Assembly (NCBI RefSeq): GCF_006345805.1
Contig: NC_043003.1
Location: 26,226,001 to 26,290,000, forward strand
From: Octopus sinensis
Taxonomy: Eukaryota
Direction: 5' to 3'
Length of the DNA stretch: 64,000 nt
Positions 26,851-40,218 of this stretch are shown one piece after another. The notes beneath the pieces are model-generated. The model did no database searches and was not told where the DNA came from. It was given only the letters and a program-made list of their open reading frames with translations. Every line of letters starts with the position of its first letter. Positions within the stretch are counted from its first letter, which is position 1. The translations under genes were made by a program, and so were the position numbers.

Positions 26851-27377
26851 TATTCATTTACTGTCTTCAAGAAAAAATATTTTGTCTGCCTGAAGTACAT
26901 AAGTAGAGTGAGTGTAAGCTGTTTTTTTCTCATACTTTATATACATAAACACACACACTACCAACAGTGTTTACATACACACACCTACACATCTTCATGT
27001 ATACTCCAAGCAACACACACATATATATATATATACACACACAAACACACACACACACACACATGTATATATATATATATACACACACACACACAAACAC
27101 ACTATAATATAGATATTCAAGTCAATGAAGTAACTTCTATATGTTTGTTCGAATCACAGGAAATAGCAGCTAAATCTCTCTCAACTCACACCGTTGAGTA
27201 ATTAGGATGTATATATAACGAAAACAACCTAGATTATTCACAGTTGAAACACCTTTGATCATAGGTCTGCTCAATCAGAGCTGACCTAGAATTAAACAAC
27301 TAATACAACATACATACACCTACACATTTATCAAATGCTATACATGGCTTTATGAGCAGCACAACATATCTTTCGTT

Positions 27378-28255
27378 TCTTTTACCTTTTACTGGTTTCA
27401 GTCATTGGACTGCAGCCATGCTGGGACACTGCCTTCAAGGGTTTTGTTGAACAAATCAACCCCAGTACTTTTTTTTTGTAATAATAATGAAATTATTGTA
27501 TACAGTGCTCAGGTGCACTACAACTTGTCAAAAGTGTGTATAAAGTATATGCAGTAATGTGCAAATGTCTGGAAAGTGAACAGTGAATGAATCAGATACA
27601 TGTTTGCACGTGTATGGAGAGGAGAAAATCAGGTGTAGTGTTGGTGAATCTCAGGAAGCATAGAAGTTTTGAAGGATGCAGTACTCCGACAACTAACAAC
27701 TGATGCGGCAGTTTGTTCCATGCTTCAGCAACTCTTAGCATTAAAAAATGTTTCTGAAAGTCATGGGAGCAGTGCTGTTTTCTGATTTTGTAAACATGTC
27801 CATGGGTGTTAGACAGCGTGGCTTCTTATTCTATCAATATCTTCTGCCAAATTGCTAAGTTTCTGGGACAAAACAAACCAATACCAGTTGTCAAAGATAC
27901 ATATGTATATTAAAGGTAATTAAGTTTATGTCTGGTCATAGAGTGACCAATAGATCGCCATAAACTTAATTACTTTTAATACATTACTGCTCTATGCTTT
28001 TGAATGGGTTTCTTTTTCGGGTATATGATACATTGACTATATATATATATATATATACATACATATATGTATATATAGACATGCACGCATGCATGTGACA
28101 GCCTTTTTTTTACTTTCCGGCTACCAAATCCACTTGCAAAGTTTTGGTCCATCTAGGGGTATAGTAAATAACACTTGCTCCAGGTGCCATGCAGTGCCCA
28201 GAGCCCAGAGCCATGCAGTTGAAAAGCAAAGTTCTTTATCACACAGCTATACCTA
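27378..28255 (-). mobile_element. SINE family A split by two nested insertions
   Basis: A segments at 27378-27478, 27820-27895 and 28090-28255 are collinear. Confidence 0.75.
27480..27816 (-). mobile_element. CR1-clade LINE 3' end
   Basis: Minus-strand translation SNTHGHVYKIRKQH...KHFLMLRVAEAWNKLP/ASVVSCRSTASFK matches the CR1 TRGH...RV..WN.LP..VV...FK motif; (ATT)n tail. Confidence 0.8.
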
Positions 28256-28371
28256 TACTTTTACTGAAGGAGAGACCCTCCCCTCCTCCAAAAAATAACA
28301 CTACGATCAGAAAAGGAAACTGTTTTTGTTTTAAACATCTGAGAAAAGATGCAAAACAAATGAAGTCCCTG

Positions 28372-28580
28372 ATTTCAAATTGTGGTACAAAGCCAGCAAT
28401 TTCAGGGGACAGGGTGAGTTGATTACATTGACTCAGTACCCAACTGGTTTTTATTTTATCGACCCTGAAAGGATGAAAGACAAATCTGGCCTAAGGAGAA
28501 TTTGAACTCAGAAAGTGAAGACAGATGAAATGCCACAAGCTATTTTGCCCAGCATACTAACAATTCTAATAGCTCACCAC
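28372..28580 (-). mobile_element. SINE family B
   Basis: ttttatcgaccctgaaaggatgaaag...gaatttgaactcagaa. Confidence 0.75.
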
Positions 28581-30009
28581 TTTAGCAAACAAAGATATAT
28601 ACAAAGATGTGATTTGTTCTTAGCAAGGGAAGAAAGCAGTAATCTCTCCCAGACTTGTGAAACTAATGTGGTTGATATTCAGCTCAACCATCTGCTAGAT
28701 GGCAAAACTTAGACAGGATGTTCCAAATGCTGGTCAAAGTGTGATCAAATCATTTTGCTATAAGCATCCAAGGACCAGATGATGGCAGGGTGAAACAAAG
28801 CAAAATGTTCAGTCTACTAAGCCAGAGATAGATTGGTACAGCAATAAATATAATGACTAAAGATGGACAAATAAGCATTCCTTTCAATGGGTGCAAGAAA
28901 TGTAGGTTAATTCTGGTTTATTGATGGATAAAATCATGATACATGGGCAGACCAGTATGGGAGCAGTCCAGTTCAGGGACAGACAAACTAATTGAAAGAA
29001 GGCCTTTTGATCATAGGTCTCTCTGAACAGAGTTGACATAGGGTTAAATAACAATCAAAAGTGTTCCATCAATGACAACCCTATTTTGTTTTTCTTAAAC
29101 ATAGCATGCCCATGAAGATGGGAGATTTAGCTGCTATTTCTGGCAGTTAGAGCAGCCATACAGAGACTCCGTTATTGGTTGAGATGGTTGACACCGTAAT
29201 TACTAAGTCTACACATAGTACTGTATTATGAAAAAGAAAACATTTTCACTGAAGAGAAAGCCAGGATTGAACACAATATATGTAGCATAAAGTAAATTCA
29301 AAAATCCCAATCTAAGAGGACTCAAATATGCCAATAATGTAGGAATAACAAAACCCCTTAATTTGTGAAGTGAATTCAAAGACACTAATCTATGAGACAA
29401 ATCATCATTTAACATCCATTTTCCATGCTGGCATGTGTTGACTGGTTTGACAGGAGCAGGACAGGGAGGGAGATGCACAAACTCCAATTCTATTTTGGTA
29501 TGGTTTCTCAAGCTGGATGCCCTTCCTAATGCTAACCATCTTACAGGGTGTACTAAGCGATTTTTATATGGCACCAGCTTGAGTGCTTTATACATGGCAC
29601 CAGCACAAGTGCCTTTTACGTGGCATGGTTGCCTTTTATGTGATATTGGCACAGGTACTTTTTAAATGGAATTCTGAAATCTCTACCATTCTATGACACT
29701 TGTTGACTATATCATATCAACTGATCAGAAACTACCATGTTTTGTTTGAATGGATGGCAGTAGCTGGGCCTCCAAGACTGATGAAGAAAAGACAGAAACA
29801 ACCAATGAATTACTGTAGCAGGAACCAACACATCTAAATATAAAATTATTTCAGATCAGAGACATGGTCAGAATGCTTCCAAGAGAGTGGACCCTGTTGA
29901 AGTTATTTAAGAGACAGTTTCCCTATCTCCCTTTCCTTTCAGTCACAAAGATGGGTTATTCTGAGGGTGTGATTGATTGATAGTTTATTCACCTGCTAAC
30001 TAATGACCA

Positions 30010-30212
30010 TAGGGCTATGACTATTTCATGCCATTCTACATCTCAAACCAAGAGAGACCAATTGCTTTCACTCTCCTCCACAGATCCCTTCCAGGTCTTC
30101 TGAAGTCTTCCAACTTTCCTTTTCTTCTCAGGTTGCCAGTCTAACACTTGACTCACAATGCTGCTTGGCTCCTAAGAGTGTGACCGATCCAGCCCCATTT
30201 CCTTTTCAGATA
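30010..30212 (-). mobile_element. Degenerate RTE LINE ORF2 C-terminal fragment (absent from ORF track)
   Basis: KRKWGWIGHTLR / SSIVSQVLDWQPEKKRKVGRLQKTWKGSVEE, with frameshifts. Confidence 0.75.
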
Positions 30213-30564
30213 AATATTTTAAAACTATGATAAATAAACACTTTCTCAAAGCAGTCATTATGTTGTTGTTCTCCCAGGTAACCAACAAACTCTCTGTATG
30301 CTTCAGTAAAGCTGTCTCACAAGAGATTCTGTTCTATTTCACAGAACAGTAATTAATGATGAGAATAACATCCAATTGTGAACAATACTTTACATAACAA
30401 ATATAAAGAGAAAACGAAAACCTATCTTGTAGATTATGAGAAAGCGATTGAGAATGTGTGTGAGAGCCCTTCAATGTATCAATAATCTGATTATGATTAA
30501 AATATAATGGAATAGTTACAGGTTTTGTAGTCACAGAATTATCAGGAATTAATTATCAGAATTA

Positions 30565-30781
30565 AGGTGGCGAGTTGGCAGAAACATTAGCACACCGGGA
30601 AAAATGCTTAGCGGTATTTCGTCTGCCATTACGTTCCGAGTTGAAATTCCGCTGAGGTCGACTTTACCTTTCATCCTTTCGGGGTCGATTACGCACTGGA
30701 GTCGATGTAATCGACTTAATCCCTTTGTCTGTCCTTGTTTGTCCCCTCTATGTTTAGCCCCTTGTGAGCAATAAAGAAAAA
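30565..30781 (+). mobile_element. Young family B SINE with TSD
   Basis: Near-consensus B copy; agaattatcaggaa at 30535-30548 and 30782-30795. Confidence 0.9.
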
Positions 30782-31792
30782 AGAATTATCAGGAAGAACT
30801 AACACAGTTAACATTACATCATTGCTTTAATGTCCACTTATGGACATGAATTGGACAGTTTCCTGGGGCAGATTTTCCACGGCTGGATGTCCTTTTTGTC
30901 CTCAACTCTTGCCAGTTACCAAGTCAGGAAATATTTTCCCGTCCATTTATCCATTTTTTTCATATCTGCATGGGTGGACAGAGTCAGCTTGGGTAGATTT
31001 TCCATGGCTGAATGTACTGTCTGTCACCATCTTCCACCTGTTTCCAAGCAAGGTAATATTTCCCTATAACCAGACATGTTTTTGTAGAATATTGGAAATA
31101 AATGACACCAACGTTCATTTTACAACCATTATGTACCGTCAAAATAAAGAAACAAACACAAACACATAACAAGACCAACCAATCAGACATCTCTAAAGAG
31201 GATTCAGGATTAACCTGACTAGTAAATGCAAGTGCCTTCTACCAGCAATATTCTCCAACCTACAGGCATATGACAGGCATACAGCTGACTTGAAATAGAT
31301 TTGGCTGCTATTTCTAGCAGATCCTGCAACTATGTGGATTCTTCCACATAAGCTTGTCAAACACGTTCGTATTTAGTCATTGAAACCATATTTATAATCT
31401 GCTCTGCGACAAAGGACCGAACCATTATAAAATGCTGTGTCCAGCTGTCGATCAAGGATCAAAGGGGAACAACTGTTGGAATACTGTTTTGAAACGTTTC
31501 GCCTCGACCTCGCTGTACATTTCCACGTCAGAGTTTTAGACTTAAAACTTTTAGAATTATAAGCTTTTAGAGACTGCAGAATCCGTGACAGACTGGTGCC
31601 TAAATCTTCCACTTTTACACCTTATTGTTTCTTCTGAAGTATTTTTTTGTGTTTTTGTTTACTCTAGGACAGCTCTAATCAAGCTAAGCTTTGTTCAAAG
31701 ATATTGACTTGTCGCTACTTTCACTCTTTGCCGACATATAATAGTATACAAGCACTGTATTATCATCATCATTAATATTATTATTATTATTA

Positions 31793-32096
31793 GTGACGGC
31801 GCATGGCGTAGTAGTTAGGGTGTTGCGGTAACGATTGCGAAATCGCGGTTTCTATTCTTAGACCGAGTGGCGTGATGTGTACTTGAACAAAACACTTCAT
31901 CGCACGTTGCCCTGCGATCACTTCGACACCTGACGCGTGGTGGTAACACCGTGCACCTGTTCATGCAACGTCGATTTGATGGAAAAAGTGAGCTAATGTG
32001 CAGCACATATACATGATCACTATAAAACTAATATGCAGGTCGTTCGGCAAAGGCTAAACGCGCACACGTCGTCGTCTTCGACGGGAGAGTCCAGCA
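31793..32096 (+). mobile_element. tRNA-derived SINE
   Basis: gtgacggcgcatggcgtagtagttagg A-box head; tail cgtcgtcttcgacgggagagtccag followed by (ATT)n. Confidence 0.75.
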
Positions 32097-32417
32097 TTAT
32101 TATTATTAACAACAACCGCGTATACATGCCATCTTTTTAGACGGTTTATTCCAGTTAACAATATCCAATACTACATTTTTTAAAAAGAGATTTGATTGCT
32201 ATTTCTAGCCGGTCGACCGACCACAAAAAGGCCCCCTCTCAGGTTTGTTTATATTTGGGAATAACAACAACAATTATGATAATAATAATGAGCTTATTGT
32301 ATTGAATCTGGCACATTTCCTACATCTAATCAAAAGATGACATCAATCCAAGAGAAACAGTATTGATGTAATAAATACGAGGGCTACACCTATTGAGGAG
32401 GCAATGCTGTTTAACAA

Positions 32418-32845
32418 GGCGGCGATCCGGCAGAAACGTTAGCACGCCGGACGAAGTGCTTAGCGGTATTTCGTCTGCCGTTACGTTCTGAGTTCAAATT
32501 CCGCCGAGGTCGACTTTGCCTTTCATCCTTTCGGGGTCGATAAATTAAGTACCAGTTACGCACTGGAGTCGATGTAATTGACTTAATCCCTTTGTCTGTC
32601 CTTGTTTGTCCCCTCTATGTTTAGCTCCTTGCGCGCAATAAAGAAATAAACATTAGCATGCCGGTCGAAGTGTTTAGCGGCATTTCGTCTGTCTTTACAT
32701 TCTGAGTTCAAATTCCGCCGAGGTCGACTTTACTTTTCATTTTTTCGGAGACGATAAATTAAGTACCAGTTGCGTACTGAGGTCGATCTAATCGACTAGC
32801 CCCCTCCCCCAAAATTTCTAGTCTTGTACCTAGCGTAGAAAAGAA
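32418..32845 (+). mobile_element. Dimeric family B SINE
   Basis: Two consecutive B bodies with tail type 1 then tail type 2. Confidence 0.9.
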
Positions 32846-33994
32846 TGCTGTTGTTTAATCCTAGGTCGTCTCCAGACGAGTAGACTTGCAATTAAAGGTG
32901 TTTCAAGCTAGCAGGTCAAACATCTGTGTAGAACTTCTCGTTGGGTTGATAAATAATACTATGTTGAAAAATCAGTCAAGAACAGAAGGAAAGGGGACAG
33001 TACTCTTAATTGACTATTTTAATGTTAATACTTCATGGGGATAAAACTGAAGAAAACCTACCGCAATTAACTTCGAAGTTGAACTGCTGCTGTCCAGTGG
33101 CCGGACGGAAAACGAAGTACCCGATATAGACCCAAGATGAGGGACATTTGTGCAAAAAAAATAAATAGGGGGAAAAGTTGTTAATATAGGATTTCAAAAG
33201 GAGCAAAGAGGGACTAACATACAGCTATCAAATTTAGGGAGCAACAGTTATTATAGTTGAGGGAAGTAACAGAAAAGTTTTAGTGATTGATGGTTTGCCT
33301 GTCATACGAACGTTTTTCTTCAAAGCGAGTGTGTGTGTGTGTGTGAGTGGGTGGGTGGGTGGAGGCTGATTGGTGAAGAAGTTGGCTTTGCAATCATGAA
33401 GTCTTGAGTTGAATCTAACTACACACAGTACATTGGATCACCAAGTGTCTTATACTAAATCCTCATATTAATGCAAGTCTAACATGTGAAGAAATTTAGT
33501 TACAAACTGTAAGTGAGTCTGTTGGATGGGCTGTACTCATAATTCAATGGGCAAGCCTGGCCCACATATAATGCTGACTGGGTTAAAGGCACAGGTGTGT
33601 GTAGAAAGTACCAAATCAAGGTGATAGATTAGCAGAACTGTTAAAAAGCACCATACGAGATGCTTTGTGGTATCTGTTCTACCCCCGCTTTTGGTCCAAG
33701 AGCAACATCTGTGAATACACTAATGCCAAGTGCCAAACTGTATCAGCAACCTTTGGCCTTTTCTTTGGACAACATCATTAACATGGAAGAGAATGACTTG
33801 CCTGTATGGACAACTGGCACTTATCCATAAAAAGACATTGTCCATCCTTGCACATACAGATCCAGGTAAATAGTAAACCTTGATTGATGGAATCCTCTAG
33901 AGAATTTGTACATTATAATTTCATAAATAGATTGTTCTGTTAAGTGGACACCCGGAAGATTCAGTAATAAAACCAATGTGAGACATTTTTTTTT

Positions 33995-34740
33995 AATATC
34001 TTTTCTTTCAATTTTTTAGTCATTGGAATGTGGCAATGCTGGAGCACTACTTTGTAGGGTTTAATCGAATAAATTACCCTCAGTCTGGTACTTATTCTAG
34101 TAGTTTGTTGTGCCAGAAACATAAACACACCAACACCGGTTCTTAAGCAATGGTCAAAGAAAACATGCACGCACATACACACACGGTAATTTACTTTCAG
34201 TTTCCCTCTACAAACTCCACAGCTCAAGGCTATAATAGAAAGTACTTACCCAAGATGCCATGAAGTGGGACTGAACCTGAAACCATGTGGTTGGAAAGCA
34301 TACTTCTTACCACACAACCACAGCCATACCTGCACTTATTGATATACTCTTTTACTTTTACTTGTTTCAGTCATGATACTGGCCACGCTGGAGCACCACC
34401 TTTAGTCGACCAAATCGACCTCAGGACTTATTCTTTGTAAGCCTAGTAATTACTCTATCAGTCTTTTTTGACAAACTGCTAAGTTACGGGGATGTAAACA
34501 CACCAGCATCGGTTGTCAAGTGATGCTGGGGGGACAAATACAGACACACAAACACACACACACATAAACATATATACGACAGGCTTCTTTCAGTTTCTGA
34601 CTAACAAATCCACTCACAAGGCTTTGGTCAGCCTGAGGCTATAGTAGAAGACACTTGTCCAAGGTGCCATGCAGTGGGACTGAACCCGGAACCATGTGGT
34701 TGGTAAGCAAGCTACTTACCACACAGCCATTCCTATGCCT
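33995..34740 (-). mobile_element. Two tandem family A SINEs (old 33995-34335, young 34345-34740)
   Basis: Two complete reverse matches to family A. Confidence 0.85.
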
Positions 34741-35789
34741 ATGAAAAGAGATTGATGCAGATATTTTTCTTTACAGTTTAGCCAGATGAAGAAAGGGAAG
34801 CCTCAATGAAGTTTTGCAAAGGCTTCCAAGATTGACAGGAGGGAGAAGAGAAGGAAATGATAAAAAATAATAATGATAAAAACAAAACAAACATTCTCAG
34901 ATTGCTACAGTAGAAGACTGCATACTGAACTATCTTCAGAACAGAGACCCAGTCCAAATACTTGCAACAGAACAGCTTTTGTTAAGAGTACACAATGGAA
35001 GGGGACAGAGAGACAGTGATATTATAGAATGCGTTATTACAGACACCTGATACCTTAGCTGTGTTCTACAATAAATTTAATATATACTCTGCATTTTAAT
35101 TAGTAAATTGCTGGAACTGAAGCACTTCAAGATTCTGCAAAGGAACTCCACAACAAAGGGCTTCAGTAAGCAGTTGGATGATGCAGAGATATGTTGACAT
35201 TTCTGGTGACATTTATAATAATTAGAATAAATTATGTTAATAAGGAAATAGTTCATTATGATAAAATTCTATCAAAGTTGAGACTTTTGAATAATTATTT
35301 AACATGATAGATACAACAGCTAAATCTTCCTTAAATAAGGAAAAGACATTAGGTAATATAGTCTTGGATACCCCTATGAGATGGTCATGGTTGGAATGCA
35401 TCTGATCATACGTCTACTCAATCAAAGCTACTTGGAGTTAAACAAAACATTAAGAACTGTAGTACAAAAATTAAATTTATAGTGTTTAAAACACTTAAGT
35501 TGGAAAAAGAATTCTTTATATCTGGATGGCCAGGGGTGGGATTTGAACTCATAACAAATGTATGACATTTCACCGCTCATGTCACTTCACTTCTTTTAAC
35601 TGATAAAAATTGAATCGTATTTGATTCGCGTTTCAAGTTTTGGAAATTGCAAGGGGAAAAAAATGATATAGTAAGGGAAGTAACTGTTGTCAGTTCTATT
35701 ATGTTAGATAAGTGAATTGTATTTGGAATTCATCACCATCAATACACAAATTTTTTCATGTACTCCTACACATACACTAACGTATACGC

Positions 35790-35933
35790 ACATATACATA
35801 CTCATATATTAATATAAATACATATCTATATACGTGCACACATATACAAACACACATACACACATGCAAACTTATATACAAACACACACACAAATACACA
35901 AACATATACACACACATACAAACACACACACAC

Positions 35934-35977
<44 letters not shown>

Positions 35978-36180
35978 AAACACACACACACATATATATA
36001 AATATATATATATATATATACACACATACACACATATAAATATATATATATATACACACACACACAGATACATACCCATATATACAGATACAAAGATATA
36101 CATAGACACACAAATATATACATACAGACACACAAACATATACAGACACAAAAATATATACATATGCATACCGTATGCAT
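35790..36180. repeat. Compound (CA)/(TA) microsatellite
   Basis: Seen directly. Confidence 0.95.
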
Positions 36181-36865
36181 ATATTAAATAGATAAAAAGC
36201 ATCAAAAATTCATTGAAGTAGTCATGGTATATACAAAAACACACAAAAAAAAATTCTTCAGAAAGAAACACTTTCCAAATGCTACACCAGACAATGGTAA
36301 TAAATTTTGCATACAGTAAACCTCATAGATGAAAGTATCACACCTACAACACCTCACTGTCCTTAACTCATTAACAATTACACAATTAAAACCTTTAACA
36401 AGCTTTAACAAACTTTCGGCCTCACAAGCTCACACTTCCCACTGTAACCACTCAAGCATAACATCGTTAAAACTGCATATCAAAGGATGTTGGCCTTTTC
36501 ATTCTCTTTGCTGCTTTGCAACTAAAAAGAAATTCTAGCAACAAGGAACAGTAATTGACCTGCTTCCACATGGCACAACTGTTGGAACTGCACTGAAATA
36601 TTGCTTGCATAAACTAGGACAAAGAAACTGCCGCATATACACACAAAAAGAAACGTGAATTTCAGATGATTAAAAAATAAAGTAGAAAAATAAAATCATC
36701 TATTAACATTTTTATGGCAAATTCAGGATAGTGTAAAAGGAAGGAAGGAGGAGGAGTAGTAGTGACACATGGCCTTTGCAGTCCCTCCCTAAATTGCAGT
36801 TGATGTTCACTTTGAATGTCTGTAGGTCACTGTCAGTACAAGATTTTTTAAAATCCAAAAAAAAT

Positions 36866-37192
36866 CATGGCTGTGTGGTAAGAACTTTGCTCCCTAACTA
36901 CATAGTTCTGGGTTCAGTTCCACTGTGCAGCACCTTGAACAAGTATTGTTTTCTACTTTGGCCTCAGGGTGACCAAATCTTTGAGAATGGATTTGGTGGA
37001 CAGAGACTGAAAAAAACCCATCGCGCATGTATGTGTGTGTGTGCATGTGAGTGTTCTCACTGCTTGACAACTGGTGTTGGCTTCTTTATGTTTCTGTAAC
37101 TTAAGTATTCACCAAAACAGACTGACAAAATGAGTACCAGACTTAAAAAATAAGTACTGGGGTTGATTTCTTTTTCTCTCTCTAAAACCCTT
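36866..37192 (+). mobile_element. SINE family A, interrupted near its 3' end by a CR1
   Basis: A head to ggggttgatt...taaaaccctt, then CR1 tail. Confidence 0.8.
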
Positions 37193-37193
37193 T

Positions 37194-37693
37194 GTTAAGT
37201 TAAGTTAATTTTTTGGCTCAAAAAGCGAAAAGCAAGGCCATGTAGGGGGACATGGAGTTATGTACAGGGAGGGTGTTCATGCAAAGAGTTCGGGCCATTT
37301 CTGGTCAAGAGAGACTTTGAACCGAGCGGTCATCGGCATCTTCACTATCTCGTCCGGCAGCTTATTCCACTGATCCGCAACCCAGACAGAGAAAGCCCCT
37401 CTCCTTCGATTGAGATGAAATTGTCGCAGATAGAGCTTTTCAGAATGACCCCGCAGCTGACGCTCTGGAGCAGGAGTGAAGAATAGCTCTTTGAAGAGGT
37501 TACACTTTCCGCTTATGATGTTGTGAGCAAGAATGTGATCACCACGGCGTCATCGTTTTTCTAGAGAATAAAGGTCGAGCGTCTTCAGCCTTTCTTCATA
37601 AGACAAATGCTTGAGACCAAGAACCATGTGGGTAGCCAGCTTCTGGACTCTTTCGAGATGATGTATGTCTTTGAGGAGTTAAGAAGAAGAGGC
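37194..37693 (-). mobile_element. CR1-clade LINE 3' fragment with (TTAAC)n tail
   Basis: [46 protein letters not shown]...RGHSEKL...WNKLPDEIVKM...FKVSLD; stop at 37279-37277. Confidence 0.9.
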
Positions 37694-38565
37694 TCCCAGC
37701 CTGGCAACAGTATGCTCTTATACCTCATCACCATCATCACTGTCTTCTTTCCAGCTAGTCCCACCCAACCTTATATAGAGACCCCTACCACCACCATGAG
37801 CCAATGGATGTGTATGAGAGATGAGGTTGAAAATGAATTATATGTTATTCAACATTTTTTACCTTTGGACTTTGTCAGTCCCAAGAATTTTAACCTCTTC
37901 ATTGATCTCTGACCATGCCCAAACAATGCAGGAAAACTGAGCTTTCGCATGTCATTCATGAAGGTAAGAGTATAGCAGATTACCATAGAATTTTAGCGAA
38001 TTTTATGATCAGTGGGGCTTAATGAAAGCTTTGTAAATCTGTCATAAGGGTTGACAGATTCACAAGTTTGGGAACACCTTTATACACTAACACACATGCA
38101 CATATTCTGAAACATGCACACATGTCTACAGGAGATGTGGGTTCAAGTACCACAGGCAACCTTTGATTTTTTTCTTTACCCAATATTCACATGCTATTAC
38201 AGCTTTATCCAAGTGATGAGAAAGGATCTTCAGATGTTGGATCTCACAGAAGGGGATGACAAGGGACTGAGACTCCTGGCAGTTTACTGTGCTTGAGAAG
38301 ACATGTCAAGCAAAAATAAAATCATGGTTGTCCTTGCATGCAGGCATTTCCCCTACATCTCTCTTCAGCTGAGTGATCCGAATCTTGCAGGCTTATGGGT
38401 GCTGGTGCCATGTAAAAATAGCATCTGTGCCAGTGCCACATAAGAGTGCCTATGCTGGTGCTGCATGAGAGCATCCAGTACACTCTGTAAAGTGGCTGAT
38501 GTCAGAAATGGCACCAGTCCATAGAAACTGTGCCAAAACAGACACGGATCCTGGGCAACTTTTCA

Positions 38566-38886
38566 GTTAAGTTAAGTTAATTTTTTGGCTCAAAAAGCAA
38601 AACGCAAGGCCATGTAGGGGGACATGGAATTATGTAGAGGGAGGGTGTTCATGCAAAGAGTTCAGGCCATTTCTGGTCAAGAGAGACTTTGAACCGAGCG
38701 GTCGTCGGCATCTTCACTATCTCGTCCGGCAGCTTATTCCACGGATCCACAACCCAGACGGAGAAAGCCCCTCTCCTTCGATTGAGATGAAATCGTCGCA
38801 GATAGAGCTTTTTGGAGTGACCCCGCAGCCGACGCTCTGGAGCAGGAGTGAAGTACAGCTCTTTCGAGAGTTTACACTTTCCGCTT
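38566..38886 (-). mobile_element. Second copy of the same CR1 3' end, nested in a family C element
   Basis: Highly similar to 37194-37515; RGHSKKLYLRRFHLNRRRGAFSVWVVDPWNKLP; host C sequence resumes at 38887. Confidence 0.9.
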
Positions 38887-39035
38887 GGCCAGCATCTATC
38901 AAACTGTTCAAGCCATGCCAGCATAGAAAACATGATAAATGATGATGCATTTCAAGATCCACTGTTACAAAAAGGAATTACTTCACATTCTCTCAAAAGT
39001 TTATAAATTCTTATGCTGTCAACAACGTGTGTGTG

Positions 39036-39079
<44 letters not shown>

Positions 39080-39649
39080 GTATGTATGTATAAAACATAA
39101 TTGGAGAAGGGGGGGAAATATTCACCGATTTATACTAGAACATTCTAAAAGTTGTCAGTTGATAAGTTCTGCCTGTTAAAAATACGCCATCAGAGAAAGA
39201 AGCTATAGAAATGACACTCTAAGATTTCAGAATGGAGCAGAAAGACAAAATTGGTGGATGGAGAGGAGAGAGGTGGGCAGAGGGGAAAAAAATTAAAACA
39301 TAGAAGTGACATTCAATCTAAATTAAAAAGGGAAATATATTAAAAAAATATATAAAAATGATAAAATAGAATTTAACACATCACCATCATCATTCATTGG
39401 CATCATTTCTAAGTTCTTATTTTGAAGAAACTTGTTAACTTTTAATCAAATTCAGTGACAATGCCAGAAGCATTATAAAAAAGAAAAAATAATTTTTTTT
39501 TTTAAATCAGGGAATTATCTTTACTGGCAGATACAAATGCAATGCAATTTTATGAAATTCTATTTGCTTTACACACACACACACACACAACTGGTATATT
39601 GATATTAAAAGTGTGGTAGACATTTCATTAGCATTTAATAGTGATGCAT

Positions 39650-39685
<36 letters not shown>

Positions 39686-39985
39686 GCTAACGTATCATTT
39701 TTCTCTTCATCACTAAGAATGGTAAAGGGTTATCCACTGCACCTGTTAGACATGAGATAATGCTTATTAATTATATCTATATGATGTACCTATGCTATAT
39801 ATCAATCTCTTATGGAAATACCTACCATTAATGCAACAGATAAATACAGACAGACCAAACAACATTGATCAGATGTCATCCTAATTTGTCATATATATAT
39901 ATATTATATATATATATATATATATATGCATGTATTTTTTTTAATACAAATAAATGAAAGAATGGAGTTGAACGACGATTTAACA

Positions 39986-40090
39986 AAATTCCTTTATTCT
40001 CGACATATGTTTTGAAGGCTGCATATTCCTAATTTCAAAGGAATAAGGGGTGCATTATGCCGCCTACTCATCAGGAAAAACAAGGAACTT
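39986..40090 (-). ncRNA. Type-I hammerhead ribozyme motif (Penelope-like/retrozyme), G12A-mutated
   Basis: Minus strand: stem I aaguuccuuguuuuuc / gagaauaaaggaauuu; CUGAUGA (40074-40068); long stem II; C-AAAAC (canonical GAAAC; CpG decay at 40013); palindromic stem III ACAUAUGU; GUC site; AAUAAA just downstream. Confidence 0.75.
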
Positions 40091-40218
40091 ATGTCAGCAT
40101 CAAGATGAACAAAAACTTTTAGATGACTGCCCACATGGAGCATGTATATGCATGTATGTATATATATGGTTTATTTTATTTGGTTTACAGGATTCTTGAT
40201 GTGAACTTGTGTTGAAAC

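Larger units (their letters stand above)
31350..33320. promoter_or_regulatory. Second CpG-retaining promoter-like domain
   Basis: CG-rich unique sequence and CpG-intact SINEs compared with depleted flanks; minus-strand GCG|GTAGGT donor at 33061. Confidence 0.45.

Noticed and set aside
31373-31612. 79-aa ORF in the second CpG domain
   Set aside because: Non-ATG start, no recognisable motif and weak splice context.
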